NCBI GenBank assembly: GCA_017536445.1
Contig: JAFXHJ010000018.1
Coordinates: 30,772 to 94,771 of the forward strand
Direction of reading: 5' to 3'
From: Clostridia bacterium
Lineage (GTDB): Bacteria; Bacillota; Clostridia; TANB77; CAG-465
DNA: 64,000 nt
The notes below the pieces were generated by a model that saw nothing but the letters and a program-made list of their open reading frames with translations, did not search any database and was not told where the DNA came from. The number at the start of each line of letters is the position of its first letter. Within the stretch, counting starts at the first letter, position 1. The position numbers and the translations under genes were made by a program. Positions 58,212 to 64,000 of this stretch are shown here, one piece after another.

Positions 58212-58814
58212 ATGAAAAAATCAAATAAAATAGTAAAACTTACAGCAGTAGTGTTATTTGTATCAGCAATAACATTAGTGCTAGTAACAGGAACATATGC
58301 TAAATATGCAAGTGAAGCATCAGGCAGCTCTTCAGCTGTAGTTGCTAAATGGGATATCAAAGCAGGTGCAAAAGATAACGAGCAATCAATAACAGCAGAG
58401 AATGCAACAGTTACATTCAATCTATTTGACACAATAAAAAATTCTGATGGTGAAGCTGAAACAGCAGTAGCTGCAAATAAAATAGCTCCAGGAACATCAG
58501 GAAGTTTTGAATTATCAGTAAAAAACGATTCTGAAGTAAATGCAGAATATACTGTAAATTTTGCATTAGTAGATACAACATTACCAGAAGGAACAACTTT
58601 ACCATTAGAATTTAAAGTAAATAGTGGTGAATGGTCAAAAGATTTAACAGGTGCTCAAGCAACAGCATTAGCAAGAGGAACAAGTGGAACAGTAACAGTT
58701 CAATGGAGATGGCCTTATGAAGTAGATGGTGGCGATGCTAATGATACAAAATTAGGATTAGATCCAAAGACTATAAAAGTACAAGCAACTCTTGTAGTAT
58801 CTCAAGTAGACTAA
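58212..58814 (+). CDS. Minimal TasA/camelysin-like secreted protein (200 aa), probable major fibre subunit
   Basis: The signal ends VTGTYAKYAS. Blocks APGTSGSFELSVKN, VQWRWPY, ATLVVSQ. No extra domain is present. Confidence 0.75.
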   Translation: MKKSNKIVKLTAVVLFVSAITLVLVTGTYAKYASEASGSSSAVVAKWDIKAGAKDNEQSITAENATVTFNLFDTIKNSDGEAETAVAANKIAPGTSGSFELSVKNDSEVNAEYTVNFALVDTTLPEGTTLPLEFKVNSGEWSKDLTGAQATALARGTSGTVTVQWRWPYEVDGGDANDTKLGLDPKTIKVQATLVVSQVD

Positions 58815-58822
58815 TAAGAAAT

Positions 58823-58857
58823 TAGACAAAATCTCTTTTAAAAAGGGGTTTTGTCTA
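58823..58857 (+). terminator. Long imperfect hairpin directly after the 200-aa subunit gene (possible partial terminator/attenuator)
   Basis: 58823-58838 pairs with 58842-58857: 16 bp including two G-U pairs, with a 3-nt loop. The downstream T-run is weak. Confidence 0.45.
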
Positions 58858-58898
58858 GGATTTATTTATATTGTATAAGAATTAAAGAGGAGAATATA

Positions 58899-60707
58899 AT
58901 GAAACAAAAAACATTAATTAAATTAATGAGTATAGTTGTTTTAGCAATAATGACTACAACAATATTAGTTTCAGGAACGTATGCTAAATACACGACAGTT
59001 GCGTCTGGTATCAATTCTACTGTTGTTGCAAAATGGTCATTTATGGTTGGCGAACAAGATATTACTGTATTAGGTTCAGAAGATGAGCTGGTTTTTGACT
59101 TGTTTAATACAGCGTCTATTAAAGACAGCGATGGTGGTGTAGAAAATGACGTTGAAGCAGGTGTAATAGCACCAGGAACGACTGGTAGTTTTGAATTTGT
59201 ACTAAAAAACACATCAGATGTAACTGCTAAATATGATATAAAATTAACATCAAATAATGAAAATATTCCTATTGAGTATTCTATAGATGGTGCAACATGG
59301 ACAAGTAATTTAGCAGAACTAGTAATGTCTGAAGAAATCATTATAGGTGGAACAAAGAATGTAATGGTTCAATGGAAATGGCCTTTTAATGATGAGACAG
59401 ATGCGTCATTAAGCCAACAAACACTTGAAGTAACAGCTAAGATAACAGCTACACAAGTAGATTATCTATATTTAGATCAATTAGATAAAAATTATGAATT
59501 AACATATTATAATGATGCGGCAGCGGTAGTAGCTGCAATTAATAATACAACTTATGAAGGTGGAACATCAGCTAAAGAAGAAGCTGAGTTAGCTTTATAT
59601 ACAGATGATAATAATGTTCAAAATTTAGTTGTAGTGAAAAACACAGCTCTAAATACAACTTTAACTCCGACAGAAGATTTAGTTGTTGACTTAGCTGGAA
59701 AAACATTAACTTTTAATACAGACAACGCAATAAATGCTGACGGTGTTGATGTTTCAATAAAAGCTGAAGCTGCTGGAAGCAAATTAACTTTGGCTAATAG
59801 TGGAACTACAACAACACTAGTTAGTGTAACAAACGGAACATTAACTATTAGTGGTGGAGAATATGAAACTAAATCTAACGGAGTAGGTACAGACGCTAGT
59901 CCGAATCCATCTATTTTAGTAGGCCAAGGCGGCAGCTTAACAGCAAGTGATATTAAATTAACTGCTACTGATGCAACTAGTGGAACTTTAGCGGGAATAC
60001 TTGTAGAAGAAGGTGGTACAGCTACAGTTACGAATTCACAAATAGAATTAACATCACTTAATGGCTTAAAAAGCGATGGCGTTAGAAATTATGGAACAAT
60101 GACTTTGGTTAATACAAGTGTTCAAGCATATGCAAATTATACTGCGAATGCAGCAAAAACCGATTATGCTACTAATACAAGAGGAATAAATAATGAGGGG
60201 ACAATGACACTAAAGAACTGCTATGTGTATGGTACGCATTCTGGTGTTAGAAGTGCAGGACCTTTATATGTAGATGGCGGAACATACGAAGGGTATGGTC
60301 ATGGTGGAATATATTTCTCACATACAGGTCAAGTGTCATATGTAAAAAATGCAAGTTTAAGACAAGCTGAAATGAAAGTAGGATATGATGATGGAATAGC
60401 TGGAACAAATAGAGCTGGTTGCTATATTGGTGGCGGATCAAATATCGTAGTTTATATGGATAATTGTGATTTATATGGTCAATATTATCCTATGGTTATT
60501 CGTAGTAGTGGTAGTGAAGGTAATAACTCATTATATATAAGTAATTCTAGAATAAACGAAGACAGAACACGTTATCCAAGAAATGATGGAAGTACTAATA
60601 GATTATATATTGGTTCTGGAAATAATTTCGATTTAGAAGATACATACAAAGAAGAATATACTGTAGAAACTGGTGAAGATTATAGCACACAGTTCCCAGA
60701 ATATTAA
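58899..60707 (+). CDS. TasA/camelysin-like N-terminal module fused to a roughly 400-aa right-handed parallel beta-helix-like region
   Basis: The signal ends VSGTYAKYTT. Blocks APGTTGSFEFVLKN, VQWKWPF, KITATQ. The C-terminal half has repeated G-T-[ML]-T-[LI]-x-N-[ST]-x-[VI] turns. Confidence 0.7.
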   Translation: MKQKTLIKLMSIVVLAIMTTTILVSGTYAKYTTVASGINSTVVAKWSFMVGEQDITVLGSEDELVFDLFNTASIKDSDGGVENDVEAGVIAPGTTGSFEFVLKNTSDVTAKYDIKLTSNNENIPIEYSIDGATWTSNLAELVMSEEIIIGGTKNVMVQWKWPFNDETDASLSQQTLEVTAKITATQVDYLYLDQLDKNYELTYYNDAAAVVAAINNTTYEGGTSAKEEAELALYTDDNNVQNLVVVKNTALNTTLTPTEDLVVDLAGKTLTFNTDNAINADGVDVSIKAEAAGSKLTLANSGTTTTLVSVTNGTLTISGGEYETKSNGVGTDASPNPSILVGQGGSLTASDIKLTATDATSGTLAGILVEEGGTATVTNSQIELTSLNGLKSDGVRNYGTMTLVNTSVQAYANYTANAAKTDYATNTRGINNEGTMTLKNCYVYGTHSGVRSAGPLYVDGGTYEGYGHGGIYFSHTGQVSYVKNASLRQAEMKVGYDDGIAGTNRAGCYIGGGSNIVVYMDNCDLYGQYYPMVIRSSGSEGNNSLYISNSRINEDRTRYPRNDGSTNRLYIGSGNNFDLEDTYKEEYTVETGEDYSTQFPEY

Positions 60708-60732
60708 TAACATAATTTAGTAAATTAATTTT

Positions 60733-60770
60733 AGGTATAAAGCTCTATTTTAAGTAGAGCTTTGCCTAAA
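60733..60770 (+). terminator. Terminator-like hairpin
   Basis: AAAGCTCTA/TAGAGCTTT stem, extended by AGGT/GCCT. The T-run is weak. Confidence 0.5.
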
Positions 60771-60826
60771 AATATATTGACAAAAGATTATATGATTTTT
60801 TGTGAGTGTATATAAAGGGGGCTATT

Positions 60827-61441
60827 ATGGAAAATAATCAAGAAACGCTAGAAACATATAAAAGAATTCAAAAACGAGATAGAATACAAAAAATAATTTT
60901 GATAATAATAATTATTATACTATTATTATTATGTATCGTAGTATATAGAGTTGGGAAAATAGGATATAGTGAACATATAGTTCCTACACCTGGCATGGAA
61001 TCTGTGTCTTTAATAAAAGTAACAGCAGGAGATATGGAAATAAAGAAAGATTCGCAATTAGATATATTTAAAAATGCTAAGTTCGATTATAAAAATATAA
61101 TTGCACCAAAATCTAAAGGTGAGTATACATTCTGTGTAAAAAACACTACTGATAAAAATATCTCTTATAATATAAAATTTGAAGAGGAAATGCAGTATCA
61201 TATAAATATGAAATATAAATTAAAAATAGATAATGTTTATATTAGAGGTTCAGAGAATGAATATGTTGATATTGAAGAATTAAGTGTAGAAGATATAGTC
61301 GGAACAAAAGAATCTATAAATATGTATACATTAGAGTGGTATTGGGAAGATGATGATAAAAATGATACTATAGTTGGAAGACAAAACATAGACCAAGAAT
61401 ATACTTTACATTTAGAAATATATGCAAATGAATTAAATTAA
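60827..61441 (+). CDS. Membrane-anchored divergent TasA/camelysin-like protein (no GTYAK-type cleavage motif)
   Basis: About 25 cytoplasmic residues, then TM segment IILIIIIIILLLLCIVVY. Ectodomain blocks APKSKGEYTFCVKN, LEWYWEDDD, LEIYANE. Confidence 0.6.
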   Translation: MENNQETLETYKRIQKRDRIQKIILIIIIIILLLLCIVVYRVGKIGYSEHIVPTPGMESVSLIKVTAGDMEIKKDSQLDIFKNAKFDYKNIIAPKSKGEYTFCVKNTTDKNISYNIKFEEEMQYHINMKYKLKIDNVYIRGSENEYVDIEELSVEDIVGTKESINMYTLEWYWEDDDKNDTIVGRQNIDQEYTLHLEIYANELN

Positions 61442-61460
61442 TAAAGGTGGATTTTTATAA

Positions 61461-62069
61461 ATGCAATATACAAATGAAGCTATAAAAAAAAGAAAAGCAA
61501 GAAAATATAGAATTAAAAAGTTCTTAGCTATTGTAGCATATTGTGTTCTTATTCCATTATTACTATACAATACAAATTTAATAATTCAGGTAATTATTAA
61601 TCCAAATAAGACTCCAAGCTTTTTAGGGATAAAAACATATGTAATTGTTTCTGGAAGTATGAGTCCAGAATTAAATGTTGGAGATATTGTTGTTGTTAAA
61701 GAAGTGGATACAAACACGTTACAAAGCAAAGACATTATTTCTTATAGAGAAGGACAAACAGTTATAACTCATAGAATAGCAAGTATTGAGGCTAAAGGAA
61801 ATCAAAAAATATTTTATACAAAAGGAGACAATAATAACTCTATAGATAATACAGAAGTAATAGCGGATAATATAGAAGGCAAAGTAGTTTCATCAATTCC
61901 GTTTTTAGGGAAAGCTGTATTATTATTGCAAGGCAAATTAACAATAATAATGGTTGTGCTTATATTCTATGCGTATTTTATAAGAAGTGAAAAAGTTAGA
62001 AATAAAAAAGAAGCGAGAAGATTAAAGAGATTAGAGTATGAAGGGAGAAGTATAGAGGATGAACAATAA
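61461..62069 (+). CDS. sipW: SipW-type (ER/archaeal-type) signal peptidase I, copy 2
   Basis: VSGSMSPELNVGDIVVV, ITHRI, TKGDNNN. C-terminal TM segment plus a basic tail. Confidence 0.85.
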   Translation: MQYTNEAIKKRKARKYRIKKFLAIVAYCVLIPLLLYNTNLIIQVIINPNKTPSFLGIKTYVIVSGSMSPELNVGDIVVVKEVDTNTLQSKDIISYREGQTVITHRIASIEAKGNQKIFYTKGDNNNSIDNTEVIADNIEGKVVSSIPFLGKAVLLLQGKLTIIMVVLIFYAYFIRSEKVRNKKEARRLKRLEYEGRSIEDEQ

Positions 62070-62571
62070 ATATCAAAGGTTTTTACCAAAATTAATATTT
62101 ATGTGCTTAATAACTACAAGTATAGTTACAACACTTTCATTTTCTAAATATCAAACTACTGTAACAGGAAAAAGTACAAATGCTAGAGTTTCAGTACCAA
62201 GGTTAAGCGTAGCTCTTGCTGAAAAGCAAGAAGATTCACTTGTGATTGATTGTAATACTAATATAAAAAGTGTAAATTACTCAATAATTGTAAGCAATAA
62301 AGAAAAAGAAAATATATCAGAAGTTTCTTTGGAATATGATATAATAATAACATTACCGGTTGAAGTAGCTAGCGGATTAACCGTTAAAGTAGATGGGAAG
62401 GAAACAACTAGAAATAAGAATAAGTATACAATTAGTAAGGCGGGAAATTTTAAACCATCTACATCTCGTAGCCAAACACATACTTTAACATTTGAAGCAA
62501 ATCCAGATGTTATTAGAAACTGTGAATTGAATAATATAAAAGTAACAGTGTATGCAGAGCAAATAGATTAA
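62059..62571 (+). CDS. Small secreted beta-rich protein with SipW-type-like signal (LSFSKYQTT), distant TasA-like candidate
   Basis: Overlaps the sipW copy 2 stop by 11 nt. Has an N-terminal h-region and ends in the ...VTVYAEQ strand. Confidence 0.55.
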   Translation: MNNKYQRFLPKLIFMCLITTSIVTTLSFSKYQTTVTGKSTNARVSVPRLSVALAEKQEDSLVIDCNTNIKSVNYSIIVSNKEKENISEVSLEYDIIITLPVEVASGLTVKVDGKETTRNKNKYTISKAGNFKPSTSRSQTHTLTFEANPDVIRNCELNNIKVTVYAEQID

Positions 62572-62585
62572 CAGGAGGTAGAAAA

Positions 62586-63692
62586 TTGAATATAAAAGAA
62601 TTTTTTTATAATAAAAATAATCTTATAACAATTATACTTGTCTGTATAATAGCCTGTATGTTAACTGTTTGTATTACTACGTCGTATGGTAAATATGTAT
62701 TAGAAAAAGAAGTTACATTAAATTTGCAAATTGTTGAAAGCAATGAATGGAATAAAAGAACTTTAGTAGATGGCGAAACGTTAAATGGTATATTATTATC
62801 AACAGGAGCAACAAGGGTTGTTTTTGGAAATGAACAGGATTATATTTCTCAATTAGAAAATATTGAGTCACTAGCTGTAGCAATAGAAAATACAAGCAAA
62901 GGATTTGCTACTACGGACATTAAACTATATGTAGCACAAAATAGTGATGAGGTAAAAACAGCATATATACTTTCTAATTATCAAATCAAGGCAAATGAAA
63001 ATAGTTCTAAAATGTTCTCAAATTATGAAAATTTAACAGAGATAGTATTTTCAAATTTCGAAACATACGAAATGAAAAACGCATCAGATATGTTTAGTAA
63101 TTGCGTGAACTTAAAGGAATTAGATTTATATAAATTTGATACATCTAATGTCTTAGATATATCAAATATGTTTTCAGGAAATAATAATTTGGAAAAAGTA
63201 TACGTAAGTGAATTATGGAATTTAAGTAATATATCACAACCACAAGACAATGTGTTCTTGAATTGTACAAAGTTAACCGGAGAAAATAATACGATATATA
63301 GTGAAGAACATGTAAGCAGCGAATATGCAAGAATAGATAGTGCCGAATTGCCAGGGTATTTTACATTTAAATCGATAAATACATCAGAAGAACTTGTTTT
63401 AGACGAAATAGAAACAGGTATGGACTTAATACAATCAACTGAGGATAATTTAAATGAAGGAAATAATCTTTTAGAAACAGAAAAAAATGAAACAGATGAA
63501 GTTGAATATAATATTGGAATTGGTTCAAATACCGAAGTAGAAGAACAACCTAAAGAGGACAAGCAAGAGGAAAATGATGATACACAAGAATTTGTAGAAC
63601 AGACTGAAAAGCAAGAAATAATTAATGAAACTGTTGAAGAAACAGAAAAATTAATAAATGAAGAGAATACGGTAAATATATATTCAGAATAA
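62586..63692 (+). CDS. DUF285/BspA-type leucine-rich-repeat surface protein with SipW-type-like signal (TSYGKYV) and acidic Glu-rich tail
   Basis: Repeats MFSNYENLTEIVFSNF, MFSNCVNLKELDLYKFDTSNVLDISNMFSG. TTG start after AGGAGG. Confidence 0.65.
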   Translation: MNIKEFFYNKNNLITIILVCIIACMLTVCITTSYGKYVLEKEVTLNLQIVESNEWNKRTLVDGETLNGILLSTGATRVVFGNEQDYISQLENIESLAVAIENTSKGFATTDIKLYVAQNSDEVKTAYILSNYQIKANENSSKMFSNYENLTEIVFSNFETYEMKNASDMFSNCVNLKELDLYKFDTSNVLDISNMFSGNNNLEKVYVSELWNLSNISQPQDNVFLNCTKLTGENNTIYSEEHVSSEYARIDSAELPGYFTFKSINTSEELVLDEIETGMDLIQSTEDNLNEGNNLLETEKNETDEVEYNIGIGSNTEVEEQPKEDKQEENDDTQEFVEQTEKQEIINETVEETEKLINEENTVNIYSE

Positions 63693-63718
63693 GTTGCCCG
63701 AAAGTATTTTGTTATAGA

Positions 63719-63760
63719 TAAAAGAAGTCAAATTAGAGAATTTGACTTCTTTTATCTTTT
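63719..63760. terminator. Bidirectional terminator between convergent genes
   Basis: 14-bp stem AAAGAAGTCAAATT/AATTTGACTTCTTT with an AGAG loop and a T-run downstream. Confidence 0.75.
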
Positions 63761-64000
63761 ATTACAAGCGGAGCAACTTCAAAAAGTATATTAAAACATT
63801 TGAATTTATCTGTTTCGCCATTTTCTAAACAATCTAAATATATATCTAATTCATCTAGGTTTTTACAAGCAGATATTACAGCGGGATGTAAATTTGTATT
63901 GAAAAACAATTCTAAACCTAAGTCAAAAGCTTGCTTTAAATTACCATGCTCGCGATCTTTTATTAAATTTAATGATTCCTTAAATCTAGAGAAAGGAGCA
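63733..64000 (-). CDS. 3' end of an unidentified minus-strand gene (5' part outside window)
   Basis: 89 stop-free codons run from the window edge to a TAA at 63735-63733 (...NLDELDIYLDCLENGETDKFKCFNILFEVAPLVIKDKRSQIL). It is absent from the ORF track because no Met occurs in the window. Confidence 0.4.
   Translation of the reverse strand, partial: APFSRFKESLNLIKDREHGNLKQAFDLGLELFFNTNLHPAVISACKNLDELDIYLDCLENGETDKFKCFNILFEVAPLVIKDKRSQIL

Overview
Low-GC Firmicute (Clostridia-like) chromosomal segment, standard genetic code, with almost every gene on the + strand. No rRNA, CRISPR array, transposase or integrase was seen.

**Layout**
- 1-6.0 kb: wall teichoic acid module (tagG/tagH-like ABC exporter, tagD, three TagB/TagF-type glycerophosphotransferases).
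- 6.4-32.9 kb: housekeeping genes (glyA, topA, CDF transporter, tRNA-Lys, murB, yvcK-like, amylo-1,6-glucosidase-like, ruvC, mfd, prsA-like, trmH-like, alr).
- 33.1-36.2 kb: two secreted or surface proteins.
- 36.4-47.2 kb: Wzx/Wzy-type capsule/exopolysaccharide locus.
- 47.3-51.1 kb: stand-alone 1251-aa KAP-family P-loop NTPase.
- 51.2-55.4 kb: cpsC/cpsD/cpsB-like module, extended by a sortase-domain fusion protein and a membrane protein.
- 55.5-63.7 kb: locus with two SipW-type signal peptidases and six predicted substrates.

**Most notable observations**
1. The SipW locus. Its substrates are TasA/camelysin-like paralogues, two of them fused to enzyme-like domains (SGNH hydrolase, parallel beta-helix).
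2. Three minus-strand monocistronic genes with visibly higher GC and atypical Arg codons: two paralogous HTH-like proteins and one multi-S1-domain protein. All three share a near-consensus extended -10 promoter and a conserved roughly 21-nt leader ending in GGAGGT.
3. The orphan KAP NTPase splitting the capsule region.
4. A sortase domain encoded inside the capsule-regulator operon, with no LPXTG substrate visible in the window.

All functional calls come from motif recognition by eye. No database search was run.
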